From NCBI GenBank assembly GCA_964016885.1, contig OZ024740.1:125178001-125242000 (forward strand): a stretch of 64,000 nt of DNA, written 5' to 3'. Positions 48,689 through 62,079 of this stretch are shown piece by piece; positions within the stretch are counted from its first letter, which is position 1; every line of letters begins with the position of its first letter. The position numbers and the translations under genes are program-made. This stretch comes from Eledone cirrhosa (Eukaryota). The notes below the pieces were generated by a model. It worked only from the letters and a program-made list of their open reading frames with translations. It had not been told where the DNA came from and did not search any database.

Positions 48689-51600
48689 TATGACTAGAAA
48701 CGCTGCTGCTACTGCTGCTTCCAGAGCTTCAGAGGTCCCGGAACAAAGGGCAACTCGACTGACTAGAAACGCTGCGGCTACTGCTGCTTCTAGGGTTTCA
48801 AAGCACCCGGAACAAAGGGCGGCTCAACTGACTAGAAACGCTGCGGCTACTGCTGCTTCCAGGGCTTCGGAAGGTTTTGAACGGCGGACGACTCATCTTG
48901 CTAGGAACGCTGCGGTTATGACTGCTGCCATGGCTTCTGAAGATGCAGACGGGCGGTCCATTAGGATTGCAAGGGTGGCTTTAGCTACTGCTGCGAGAGC
49001 TTACCACGATCCACAGGAGCAACGTTCTATGTTGGAGCGGAACAGTCGATGACGAGAAGCTGCCCGCAGTGTGACGAGCCCAACAGCCCATACTGGCACC
49101 CACGGGCTTTCAAGTATGAGCCCAACGTTAACTACTCGATGCGCGCCGACATAATTATAGGGGAAATGCGCTTCAATTACCAATTCTACAATGCTAAAAA
49201 TTGTGCTGGGGAGCCACCTCCAATGTTCTGCTTAAACGGTAAGGTCAGCTTGCCCCCTCTTGGGGAACAGACAGAGCCTTTGAAGGAACTACTTATTGGT
49301 TCTACCTCAAGGTCATCCAAATTCCTTCAACTCATCAGGAAGTACAATTGTGCGTTTCAAATGATTTCTTTCGGGGCTAACATTGTCAGAGAAAGTGGTT
49401 GGATGCCTACTTTCAAGGTCCAGGGGCAGCTGTACCATCTTATTGGGTCGCTCCAGCCACTACAAAATTGCAAGCCTTCGTTTCTTCAAATTTACTTTAT
49501 TTCTAACTACAGTAGGCAAGTTGATGTGCGGTCCGGCGTTATTCCACCACCTGCAAACACTGATGCTGACACTTTTGACAGGGACGTGCTGCTCGGTCTT
49601 CAAAACATGCTTCATGAGCACAACAGTTACATTCGCAGTTTCAAATATGCCTTGGAAACAGTCCCTTCACCAAACTTCACCATTGTCATCGATGCTGACA
49701 AAAGACCTTCTGGGGAGCACGCACGCCGTTATAACGCTTCTTCGTGCAATGAAGTGGCCGTAGTTCTCCATGGTGAACAGCACAATAAGCGAGACATAGT
49801 TCTTCAAAACCGTGACAGTGGTCTTCGACGTATTAATGATACGCATCGTTCATACGACGCCCTGCAGTATCCCCTTCTTTTTGTATACGGAGAGGACGGG
49901 TACCATTTCGGCATTCCTCAGCGCAAACCAAACGAGCCCACTGCTGCGACATCTAAAACTGTTTCATGTACGGCTTTATACTCATACCGCTTCATGACGG
50001 GGCCTAACGATTTCAGCCCCTGAACTGGTCACGGGAACTATTTCACCAGTTTTCTGTTGACATGGCTGCAAAGATGGAGTCGGAGAGATTGTGTTTCATA
50101 AAATTGAATCAGAAGCAGCTGCGCTCAGACTCCTACATCCATTTGCGTGACGGCATCAGGAATGACACTGACCTCCGGAACATCAGCAAAATGTGCATTC
50201 TCCCCTCAACCTATCCGGGGGGGGGGGGGTACATGCACGAGCGAACACAGGACGCTATGACGTTCGTTCGGCATTATGGGCGCCCTGATTTATTCATCAC
50301 GTTTACGTGTAACCCCAAGTGGGTTGAGGTTACGCGGGATCTTCTCCCAGGGCAGCAGTACTGCCATCTGCATGATATTATTGCCAGGGTTTTCAGGCAG
50401 AAGCTGGCTAAGCTAATTGATCTAATAAAAAAAGTACAGGTTTTCGGGCCTGTTAAGTGCCACATGTATACTGTTGAGTGGCAAAAGAGAGGGTTGCCAC
50501 ACGCGCACATTTTGGTTTGGTTGGTCACCAAAATAGACCCTACAGTTCTAGATGACGTCATTGCAGCGGAAATCCCGGACCCCGTTGTTGACCGGCAGCT
50601 GTACGACATTGTGAATGCACACATGGTGCACGGTCCGTGCGGTCCCGGTTTTCAAGAGTTCTCCTCATGCCACAAAGACCATGTGTGCACTAAACGATAC
50701 CCAAAGAGGTTCGTAGAGGAGACCCAGACCAGCGGCGACAGATACCCACTGTACAGACAAAGGCGGCCTGAGAACGGTGGATTGATTATGACGTTAGGGT
50801 GTCATCAAGTTGATAATAGGTGGGTGGTCCTGCACTGTCCATTTCTGATGAAAACTTTCAACGCTCATATAAATGTGGAGTTCTGTCATTCAGTGAAGTC
50901 AATAAAGTACATATGTAAATATGTAAACAAGGGTTCTGACGCTGCCATGTTCGGCCTTCAAAACGACAATAGCAGGGACGAGGTGTCGGAGTACTTGGCA
51001 GGTCGATATATCAGCAGTGGTGAAGCTTTTTGGCGGATATTCGGGTGTCCGCTTCACCAAAGGCACCCCGCCATCATACAACTAGCGGTTCATTTAGAAA
51101 ACGGCCAGCGGGCTTACTTTACTGAACAGACTGCTGCTCAATTGGTGGCCAATCAAAAAGAAACAACTTTGACTGTTTTTTTAGGCTTTGCCAACTTAAC
51201 ACATTTGCCAAAACACTTTTATATCCTCAGGTCCCGTCCTACTACGTGTGGTCAAACAACACTTGGGTACGTAGGAAGTCAGGTCAGGATGTTGAAGGAC
51301 ATCCTGGTGTCAAGTTTGACAGTTGTCTAGGAAGAGTGTACACTGTACCTCCCAACCAGCATGAGTGTTTTCACCTGCGCCTTCTCCTCCATGAGGTTTT
51401 TGGCCCACAAAGCTTTCGAGACATAAGAACTGTTGAGGGTGAATTATGTGATACTTTCCAGGAAGCCTGCTTTAGGCGTGGCCTTTTGGAGGATTATTCA
51501 CAATGGGGCGCCACTATGGAAGAGGGCGTTTTGTTGAATTCTCCTAAAAGACTAAGATCGCTTTTCGCTATTCTACTCCTATGGTGCGACTTGGGTGATC

Positions 51601-54013
51601 CGGCCTCTTTATGGCTTAGCCACAAAGATTACATATCTGAAGATTTCCTGCGTCAGGCTCAGTTGCTAAACCCATCGATGGAGGTCGGGTACAGTGACTT
51701 CATTTCCAACTGAGCGTTGCTTGAAATCGAAGATACTGTTCTCGGTATGGGCCGTAGTGCGTTGGCAGTGTATGGCCTACCTTCAACAAACCGGGAAGGC
51801 GCAAACACTCTGTCTTCGGATTTGCTGCGTGAGACATCTTATAATGTTGACGAGCTTGCCCAGTACATAGCGGAGAATGAGCCAAATCTCCTTCCAGAAC
51901 AGAAATTCGCTTACAACTCCGTTGTTAATTCTGTCCGGGGCAAAGCTGGGGGGATTTTTTTCCTGGATGCTCCTGGGGGGACTGGCAAAACTTTGTCACC
52001 AAATTAATATTAGCTGAGATTAGGCAAACAGAAGGCATTGCCTTAGCTGTGGCATCATCTGGAATTGCGGATACTTTGTTGCCGGGCGGCAGGACAGCTC
52101 ACTCCTATTTCAAGCTCCCGCTTGACTTAGCGAAGACTGAGACACCCACTTGCAACATCAGTAAGAGCTCTGATCAGGCAGAAGTGTTCAGACGATGCAA
52201 GCTTATCGTTTGGGACGAATGCACGATGGCCCACAGAGGTGCTATTGAGGCGCTAGATAGAACTCTGAGCGACATCAAAGACTCTACGGCTCCCATGGGA
52301 GGCATAACACTTCTTCTTTCAGGGGACTTCAGGCAAACGCTTCCCGTTATTCCAAAGGGGACTAGAGCTGATGCAGTACGTGCGTGTCTTAAGTCATCCG
52401 CATAGTGGCCCCTGGTGAAGACTCTGAAACTTAACATTAACATGCGTGCTCATATGCGAGGTGATATCGCATCAGCAGCATTTTCTCACACCCTCCTTGC
52501 ACTTGGCGAAGGCAAAACGCCTGGGGATGAAAAGGGTAATGTTGCCATCGACACACTTTGTACCGTTGTTAGTACGCCGTCTGATCTCAGGGATGCAGTG
52601 TTCCCAGATCTCCAAGCAAATTATCAGAATATGGATTAGCTTGGCCAAAGGGCTATTCTGGCCCTGAGGAATAAAACTGTTAACCATATTAACTCATTCC
52701 TGGGGATGGCTACGTATATAAGTTTATCGATAGAACTCCTGACCCCGAGGACATCATCATCTTATCCAATAGAGGTACTAAATTCCTTTCAGCCCCCCGG
52801 ATTAACCCCACACATTTTGAAACTTAAAGTTGGTGCCCCTATAATGCTCATTCGAAATTTGGTTCCGCCGAAACAATGCAATCGCACACGTTTGGTTGTT
52901 AAGTCCTTAGCTCCCAATCTGATTGAGGCCACGATAATCATGGGGTGCGGTTGGGGCAAGGTTGTGCTCATACCGAGGATGCATCTTTTCTAATCAGGAG
53001 CAGACTTACCTTTCACATTTCGGAGGTCCCAGTTCCCGGTCAGGCCATGCTTCGCAATGTCAATTAACAAAGTGCAGGGGCAAACACTGTCTGTCGTGGG
53101 AATACATTTGGGGGAGTCATGTTTCTCTCATGGTCAGCTTTACGTTGGCTGCTCGTGTGTGGGCAGCAAGACTGATGCTTTCGCGTTCGTTCCGCAAGGA
53201 AAAACACAAAACATTGTCTACAAGGATGTTTTATAGGATTACCTCACTTCCTAATTTTATAACTTTTTTATTTTTGCCTTTTCGTGAGTACTTTCTAAGT
53301 AGGTTAACCTTCACTGCAGTGCACTGGACACTCCCCACTATCGGCGGCCGTACAGAGCTTCATTGCAGCTCCGACGCTACTCAAATATCAGCTGTTGCTC
53401 CTCACCAACCCCCGTTTGGTGGGCCTCGGAGGACTGTGGAGAGGTTAGTATTTCACCTCCGTACGACTCTCAAAGGGTGAACAATGCTTTAATGACAGGA
53501 TTTACATTTTTAGGCGGTTCCCTGCAATTACTTCACACTTCCCCAACACCTGGCCTCCGCTCAGCTCTAGTTGCCTCCCTCCATCGGCACAGCAGCAGGC
53601 TCATCTTCTACGTCCGACGTACATCATGCACCAACCATACAATGACCCCTCTTCTTTTTTGGTTATCATAATTCGACAATGTTTTCAGGCCCTTGTTTGT
53701 GGTTCCCTCATCCCCCCTTAAAACATGTCATGCACAACAACTCCATCGCAGCTCTGTTGTTCGGCTGGCATTGTCTACGCGCGTGTTGCGCAAGTACTGT
53801 GAAACAATAAATTTCAACACTTCTTTGCACAGAGATAATATCAATAGGCGAAACTACAATTGTCACTGCTGGCGCAGCTCCTGCTTCAGCAGCCCTGGTC
53901 TGCAATTCATTCACCCAGTGCCTGGCAGACAAAACAGTGCTGCCATAAAATGGGTGGTGCAACCTAACTTTGGTAACTTACTGACCCGGAGCAACGCCGG
54001 GCTTTAATGCTAG
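48686..54013 (+). mobile_element. Helitron, decayed RepHel (HUH Rep + Pif1-like SF1 helicase), intact 3' end, 5' end missing
   Basis: Rep: YDALQYPLLF, DLFITFTCNPKW, VEWQKRGLPHAHIL, KYICKYVNKG. Helicase: LDAPGGTGKT, IVWDECTM, GDFRQTLPV, FAMSINKVQGQ, FSHGQLYVG. 3' hairpin cccggagcaacgccggg then CTAG|t at 54010-54013. Confidence 0.96.
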
Positions 54014-54033
54014 TATATATATACATATATATA

Positions 54034-54275
54034 TAGTGTAAAAAAAGTTTAATACAATAACATATATGTGCTACCAAAGGTTTCGGAGTCCAGTTCTGGC
54101 CACCAGTGTATACTGAAGAGGTACTTTTAAACTGGCCCTTTATTCAGGCACATAGACATGCCTGAATGAAGGGTCATTTGAAAAGTGCCTCCTCCATTAT
54201 ACAATGTTGACAGAACTAGATCCTGAAACCATTGGTAGCCTATAAATGTTAAGTGTATGAAATATTTTTACACTA
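54034..54275. repeat. About 240-bp imperfect palindrome made of head-to-head hammerhead-like pLTR pieces
   Basis: Arms tagtgtaaaaa...gctaccaaaggtttc...attcaggca and tgcctgaat...gaaaccattggtagc...tttttacacta; related fragment at 61157-61245. Confidence 0.7.
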
Positions 54276-54861
54276 AATAAGCTCTCTTCCAACAGATCAA
54301 GCACTGTTTTCTTGATCTTTCATCTATAGATTTCTACCAACATATACATATATATAATATCGTGTTTATAAAATCTAATATCAATTATATTAGAATCTTA
54401 GCCATTAATTTATAATTAATTCTCATTAAATTCCTTAAAGTCTATTTTAAAGAGTTACTATACAAACAGTACTAATGGTACCGCTACCATTACTGCTGCC
54501 CTCATTATTGATGACTTCGATAAAAGATGACTTCTGACAAGATGATTTTCACACAAAAACTTCAAGTATTTTCAAAGAATAGAGTTAATTCCCTTCTGAT
54601 TTATAGTAACGTGTACCATCTTTATTACTTTAAGTCAGGTTACTAATTGGGTGATTAACAGTCATCAATTTCAATATTGAAAGGCGATAATTTACCATTT
54701 ACTTTTATTTCATTAATTGCTGTTATGTCAAAATTGGAATGTAATTAATTTCAGAAATATTCTGAGGATCTTAAATGTGTTTATTAATAGAATGTTTTTT
54801 TTTGTTTTTTTTTAATGAAATATTGAAAACTTTTTTAGACTTCAGATTTAATTATACAAAT

Positions 54862-54900
<39 letters not shown>

Positions 54901-55458
54901 TATATAAATGTGTGTGTGTGTGTGTGTGTTCGTATATGCATGCACATGATTGCACAAGCACATGCTTCTTGCGTGCCTAATGTTGTCTATCATGAACATA
55001 CACGTTAAATAAATATATATAACAAAACGTTGAGAGGGACTGTTCTATTGTATCAAGAACATAATAACTTTACTAGTGCTGTTGCCATGATAGAATGTAC
55101 CAAGTACACTTTGTAAAAGTCGTTGACATGAGGAAGATCATGTAGAAAACATGCTAAAGTAGGAACATAAATGATATGAAGATGAATCCTATTTAGGAGG
55201 ACAGTTGTTTTCATCAAGAACTGACTTGGTCTATGGATGATATATCTAATACAATCTAGAATAGAAAATAAACATATGATGATGATGATAACACCATTTC
55301 TATATTTGTTTTGCAAGATTCCTAATGAGAAACCTATATTTAAACAGATAATGTTGAAGTTTAAGAGGGTAATTCTGGTAATAAAAATTCACATACACAC
55401 AGGTTGTAGTTTGCTTCTTTAGCCTTAATTTATTATATATAATATAATATAATATAAT

Positions 55459-55498
<40 letters not shown>

Positions 55499-56280
55499 CA
55501 GACACCCACACACATCTTTGTTAGTAGGGAGTGCTCATTCACAAGAATATAGATATACTGTGTTGGTGATAATATGTCTATATATAGATAAACTTATTCC
55601 ATCTTGGGAAATGTATTGAACTGTTATTTGCTAATGCCCTCACTAGTTTTCTCATACACCAGTATTTTTCTTTTCTGGTTAAGTGCTTCACTTGTAGTGC
55701 ATCTATATAAAGATTACTAGCCATTCACTTATATCTTTACTGGTTTGGAGGATACAATATTTTCTATTATTGTAACTATCTACAACTGACTCACTAGCGT
55801 TTTGCATCCTTATAACTAACATTGAAGCTAGTAGGCATATATTCCCATATTAATCAACATTAAACAGGTTACAAAATTATCTACCTCAATTCCATTTACA
55901 CTCTTCATAATGTGCTACATCAAGTTGTTCACTGTCTCTCTAATGCTTCTTTGAATTTCTCTTTTATCCCACACTCTTTCGATTTCCCCTCTATTCCTTC
56001 CTTTCTCATTATCATCATTGTAAACATAATCAGTGACGTATGATTTACTAACATGTAGATTTATACCTTTTTCTAAAGAACTATTCTTTGATTTTACAAT
56101 AATATTCAGTAAATTAACTATAAACTAAAAACAGGGATGGCTAAAGCTTTTGAGAGTATGTATCCTCATTGGCGATAACATGCTAAAAACTATTTCTTTG
56201 TGTGCTTGCTGCAAATTTTTCTTATATTTGTACTTCAAAGATTGTTGTATGGAGAAAGGACAGAAAGTTAAGAAATATGT

Positions 56281-56525
56281 TTAACCCTCTCATTACTATA
56301 TTTCAAATCTAATACATGGTTTATGATTTTCAAAATTATTTGAAAATAATCGAGAATTTGGATGAATATAGTAATATAACTAACTTTCCTACTATTAAGT
56401 TTGTGTTTGGAATATAACTAATCAAACGTTCTTACGTAAAATTATGATGGGAGGTTATTAAGTAAACTTAAACAACATTGTATCATAGAATCAATGGTTT
56501 CAGGCAGTTTGGTCTAATGAGTTAA
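56281..56525. mobile_element. Possible old piggyBac-type MITE
   Basis: ttaa-ccctctcatta ... taatgag-ttaa: TTAA flanks and weak TIRs. Confidence 0.35.
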
Positions 56526-57385
56526 AGAAGTCTGTTTAGTGTGTAATTATAGTATTAATCACAAGCAATATCAGTAAACTCAGAGATCAAAGTAATATAT
56601 TGTTATCTTGATCAAATAGCTACATTTTACTAGCAGCATTTGTTTCTGTTTTTTTTTGTTTGTTTTTTTATTAGACCAGGATAAACTGAGCCATGTTTCC
56701 ATTCCTGAGATGACTGCTTATAAATTACTTAAAAAGAATGCTAATTTTGAAAAAATAAGTTTATGAACAAAGAGTTATATCTGCTACACACCCAGAGGCC
56801 TCATTTGCATTTAAAATGTGAGGGGGACAAACCAACATTTGATTCTTAAAGGAGCATAAATTGCTTATGATACCTTTCCCAAACTCTATCACATAAGTAA
56901 AATTTTACGCTAATTAAATTTTATATATTCAAATGAAGTTCAGATATGAAAAAATAAGCTTAAAAAGAATTTATTATAGAAAATAAATAAAATTTATAAC
57001 ATAGACATTTGAAAAAGTGTGTGTGTGTAGGGGGGAGGGGGGCTTGTCCTTTGGTATCCTCCTGAAACATAAATAAAATATTTTAAAATTCCACCCAGTG
57101 TCTGTGTGTTGCAAGTTCACCACTCCTGCTCTATAGTACTAAACAACACAAAAACTTTTGAAAATCCCCCAAAATGTTACACCTCACAGTCTCTGTTGGT
57201 GTTTTTTAATGATTCCACATGTATAACATAATTATAACTGTAACCCCAAAGACAAACCTTCTTCTAAACTAGAGAATACTACAACTCTGATCCTAGATTC
57301 ATATCCTAGACCTTAACACACTATTTTACTCATAGATGATGACTTACAAAGTTATCAGACTGAATATTATGTGCATCAATCTTAC

Positions 57386-57452
57386 CTGTCTCAGAGGTCC
57401 TACAAAAGATCTAAATGCTGGGTTTCTTTTTTTCAAATAGGCCATAAGAAAC
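57386..57452 (-). CDS. Putative internal exon of host gene: FLMAYLKKRNPAFRSFVGPLRQ
   Basis: Strong donor cag|gtaaga. 67 nt open, ending in phase 0, which matches the next exon. The acceptor is a weak (at)n-ag next to a SINE, so the 5' boundary is uncertain. Confidence 0.5.
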
Positions 57453-57473
57453 CTATATATATATATATCTACA

Positions 57474-57645
57474 CAGGCACGACTGGGTGACCAGCAAGTT
57501 TGGTTCACAACTAATTGGTTCTGGGTTCGATATCATTTCATGGAAATTTGGACAAGTGTCTTCTACTATAGCCTCAAGTTGACCAATACCTTGTGAAATT
57601 TGGTAGACCAAACAAGTACAAAAATCCTGTCACGTGTGTGTGTGT
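57474..57645 (+). mobile_element. Degenerate tRNA-derived CORE-like SINE
   Basis: B box gggttcgatatc, core ttggacaagtgtcttctactatagcctc, (tg)n tail. Confidence 0.7.
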
Positions 57646-57864
57646 ATACTATCAGGGGCATCTGATATAGTTATATACTTTCTAAAGGTGCTGTAACTAG
57701 ACATTTCAAATGTACCATTTCCACATTTTTATATGCTTCGTAACTATACATACATTTATTTGTATTATAACTATAGTTTTTGTAAGTTTTTTTTTTTTTT
57801 TAAATACAGCTATAATATTTTTGAATATACCATATCTAAATCATTTTTTAATGTATTATAACTA

Positions 57865-58182
57865 CCATATTTCCTGGCGCCGAAGACGCACCCTAATTTT
57901 GACAACCAAAAATTTGAACAAATAATAATTGTTTCTACTTTAGGCACAAGGCCAGCAATTATCCAGTGCATTACTGGTACTTTATTTTATCGACCCCGTA
58001 AGGATGAAAGGCAAAGTCAACCTCGGCGGGATTTGAACTCAGATCGTAAAGGGACGTAACTATGCTGGATACTGCCAATCCACCCAAATAATAATAATCA
58101 ATGTTCGGCCTCCAGGATGTATTGTAGATTTTTAAGACTTATTTTAGGAAAAAAGGAGTGTCTTCGACGCCGGGAAATACAG
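57865..58182. mobile_element. Tc1/mariner/pogo-type MITE with nested SINE family A (about 57930-58084, minus)
   Basis: TIRs ccatatttcctggcgccgaagacgc and gtgtcttcgacgccgggaaatacag with TA flanks; SINE TSD caaataataat. Confidence 0.8.
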
Positions 58183-59990
58183 TATATTATTTTTAAGCTC
58201 ATCAAACGTATTTTTGTTATTAAACTACACTTTTTACATACCTACAGTCATTATTACCTTACTAAGAAAAGTTATTTTGCTAAAAGCTCCCTTTGCTTTC
58301 TATAAAAAAGACCTTCGATTATAAATCAGCCATTTAGTGGAATAAAATGCAGCCTTTTGTTCAGAAGCTTTTTTCAGGTGTACGTACTAGCGCTTCATTT
58401 TATCTGTTTTATTATAATCATTTACAGCAAATAAATATCAGTATTCGAGAACAATTTAGATGGTTTTGTTTTAAGCCATTTATCAACATGATCTGGGTTA
58501 GGTTATAGAAACAGTCTGCAAAACTTGGGAAATCATGCTTGCTGTGACATATAGGCTGTTAAACATTTTTGCAAGTAATTATGCATCACACACACATACG
58601 TATGTATGCAAATATATGTTTACACACATACATATGTATGCAAATATGTTTACAGATACATTTACATATTTATATATGAATAAATATTTGTTCAATAATA
58701 TGTATAAAAAATACACTGGTATTCATTAGTGAATGTGTGTGTGTTATGCTTATATGTAAATGTATATGTAAATACTATGTATGTTTATAAGAAAGCAGAA
58801 AGAGCAGTATATACATACTTCTTGGAAATTAGCTAGACTACTTTCTCTAGTAGTGTAATAACTTTAATACTCAAACTTCTTTATACGTTAATAACTTAAA
58901 ATCCTATTAAACCAGTAATCAGATTAGGAAGGCAAACAAAATATAGTGAAAGATGCAAGTTGCTCAGATAAAGAAACTAAGAATGTGTCAGCTAATGTCG
59001 TGAAAATTATATGAAATACGCTGCTTCCCCAGATGAGTGATAATTTTCTCTTTAATATCACCAACAGACAAATGTTGGTGTTTTATGCTTTCACACCATT
59101 ATTTCCAGGAAAAACACTTATCACAATTTTTTAAACTATATTACTTTGTAGTTACTGAAATCATAATAATAATATTATCTATTATTATTATTATCATTAT
59201 TATTTCCACTTTTGAATAAAGGAAGGATCTGTGTCTGTTTATATCTATATTAGTGTGTAGGTGGAGGGAGTCATGCAGTTTACTGTATTGTTATTCTATC
59301 AATATAATATTGAAGGGAAGGAAAATATTGTATAAAAGAAGAAAGGTAAACAATAATAAAAAGAGAAAATGAGAAATTGTTAACATTGAATATTTACTTT
59401 CTTCAGGAGGGGATGAAGAAAATATGGGTGAAAGGACAGAATCAAAATTGCAATATAAACAGTAGCTATGTATATGTTATTTGTTATTGTTGAGGATCAT
59501 AAGAATAATGGTCATGATTATAGAATAATTTGTCATTTGTAAATTCCAGCTGACTGATCCTACAAACTCAAGTCTTGTTAACACTTCCAGTTTGGCTATG
59601 CATGTCAATCCTGTTCATGAGGATTATGAACGAATAAGAATACACACCTTTGATAGAGTCCAATACTCACATTGTTTGGCTTCAATTTAGCACCATTTAT
59701 CTGAACACAGATAAGAGGGCATTTATATAGTGACTTCAAAGCAACAAGAAGCTGTCCATCAATCCCATACTCCTGCAGAACCTGCCATTACAGATCCCAT
59801 GTAATGTGGTAATATGCATTTTTGAGGTCTTCAATACAACCATTCGCCTCTTGGCAATACTCCCATGATTTCTCAAACACCTGGTACAGTTGAATATTTG
59901 GTTGGATGAACTGGGTCTGAGGTGAAAAATATATTGTTCATCAGCTAGCTTCGATGTGACTGTATCCCTACATCTCTTTGCCACACATTT

Positions 59991-61114
59991 TACTGGGGGA
60001 GCTTGATAAGTTCCCTCTATAATTAGAGCACAAATGAGTCAGCCTGAGAATACTTTTTTCTATTTAAAGCTTTGTACATCTTGTGCCAAAGTGTTCAGAG
60101 ATGAGACAATGTCACACTCATGGGTTTTTGAGTGGCACAAAAGATTCAAAGGGGTACACAAGGATGTGGAAGAAAACCCTAGGGGTGGAAGTTCTTTAAT
60201 GAGGAGGACTGAAGCCAACATTGAGCATGTGACGTAGGTGGTTCGTGGTAATTGTCAGCTGACAATGACTGATCACAGGTGAGCTGGGCATTAACCGTGA
60301 CAGCATTAGGAAGATAATCACTGAAGATTTGGGCATGCAGAAGATCTTTGCAAAGATGGTTCTGAAACTATTGAATGATGACCAGAAGGAGTGGTACATG
60401 CAGTTGTGTAAGGGCATCCTCGGGTGTCTTGTAACCGAACCAGACTTGCTGGAGAGAGTTTTCACTTATGATGCATCATGGATCTTTGAGTATGACCCAG
60501 AGACCAAGTGTCACAACCGTCAGTCGATGACTTTGGAGTCATTGAGCCTGAAGATAGCAAGACACATAAAGTCCAATGTCAAACTCATGTTGATCGCATT
60601 CTTTGATACTAGGGGCATCATCTATATAATGTTCTTGCCACAGGGCCAGACAATCAACAAGCATGTCTACAAATGATCCTGCAGCATTTGCTTCGTTCAG
60701 TGTGCAAGACTTGTGACAGGACAACTTGTGGCTAATTCATCACAACAACATGCTGGCTTACAATGCCCTTAGCATCTGGCAGTCCCTGGCAAAGAAAAAT
60801 ATTGCGCTGGAGCAACCTGCATACTCACTCGACCTGGTACTGTGTGACATTTTACTTTTACCCAAACTCAAGAGAGTCATCAAGGAGATCCGTTTTCTGG
60901 ATGTGGAAGTCATCAATAGGACTATGATGATAGAGCTGTAGAGAATCCCAGGAAAATTCTTCCTGGAATGCATGGAGGCATAGTGAAGAAGGATGGGAAT
61001 GTGGGTTAGACTTGCGGAGGATTATTTTGAAGGGGACAACTTCTAGTTTGTATTTTGCATTTGAAATAATTTTTGTGACCCCAGACTTGTATCTTTTCTG
61101 ACACACCTTGTGTA
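59991..61114 (+). mobile_element. Decayed mariner transposon (DD34D-type transposase)
   Basis: MSHSWVFEWHKRFK HTH, VFTYDASWIFEYDPETK, LMLIAFFD, WLIHHNN, QPAYSLDLVLCD (YSPDLAP.D); right TIR-like ctgacacaccttg. Confidence 0.88.
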
Positions 61115-61323
61115 TATATATACATAGTATAATTAAAATTTATGCACTTAATTTCTACACCCGACCTTAGGCTTCAGGGAGTTCCAGTTGGGGCCACCAC
61201 TGTATAGTGCAAGAGCCATTTTAATACTGGCCTCTCATCGAGCGCTAGGACAAAATTGCAAGAAAAATCATTAGCTCACAAAATATGGTATTATCCTCTG
61301 GAGAGCTTATTTTCAAGAACATG

Positions 61324-61660
61324 GGGGCACATCGCTTAGTAGTTAGAGCATTGGCCTTGCAATCAAAAGGTTGTGAGTTCAATTCTAAGACCGGATGATG
61401 TGTTGTTTCCTTGAGCAAGACACTTTATTTCACATTGCTCCAGTTCACCCAGCTGTAGAAATGAGATGATAGGACTGGGGTCCATATCATTCCACTGCAA
61501 AGTGATCGTGGAGGTGCTACGGCAAAAAAGCACCCAGCACTCACTGTAAATGAGGTTAGTGTTAGGAAGGGCATCCAGCTTTAGAAATCAAGCCAGAATC
61601 AGTTCCCGTCCCACCCTTGCAAGCAGGGAAAAGCGGACGTAAAATGAAATGATGATGATG
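61324..61660 (+). mobile_element. tRNA-derived CORE-like SINE (family B) with RTE-derived 3' half
   Basis: Same head and tail as 28499-28860; the 3' half (ctgtaaa...gtgttaggaagggcatccagc) matches the RTE 3' UTR at 47800-47960. Confidence 0.85.
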
Positions 61661-62079
61661 AAATGAAGGGAAGCAATTCTCAAAATAAATTGAATGCTAG
61701 GAGCTAGAAACTTTGAAACGTACATATGTTTAATATGTCCATGACTTAAGTTATAGGTTAATCTGTGAGTTTGAAAAATATTGATATATGTATGGGTGTT
61801 ACTTATTATGCAAATTATTCTACAAACATTTTAATCATATCTAAGAGATGCCCCAAAATTAAAATTTGAACACTCAATCAAAAAACTTTTGAACTGTATG
61901 TGTTAGCTAGTATGCAAGTGATTTTGTAATTTTTAAACCTCTTTTAAAACACCTATTACTTTGTGTTTCTGTGTATGGGGATGTGATATTTGGGGGGGGT
62001 TTTGTGTGCATGAATAAGTGACAGAAAAAATAAGTTAATGGAGGATTTAGACAGTCTCATGTGGGGGGTATCTTGTGTT

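Noticed and set aside
55053-55316. Minus-strand 87-aa ORF with an acceptor-like site
   Set aside because: No convincing donor, phase incompatible with the three-exon model, and no recognisable motif.
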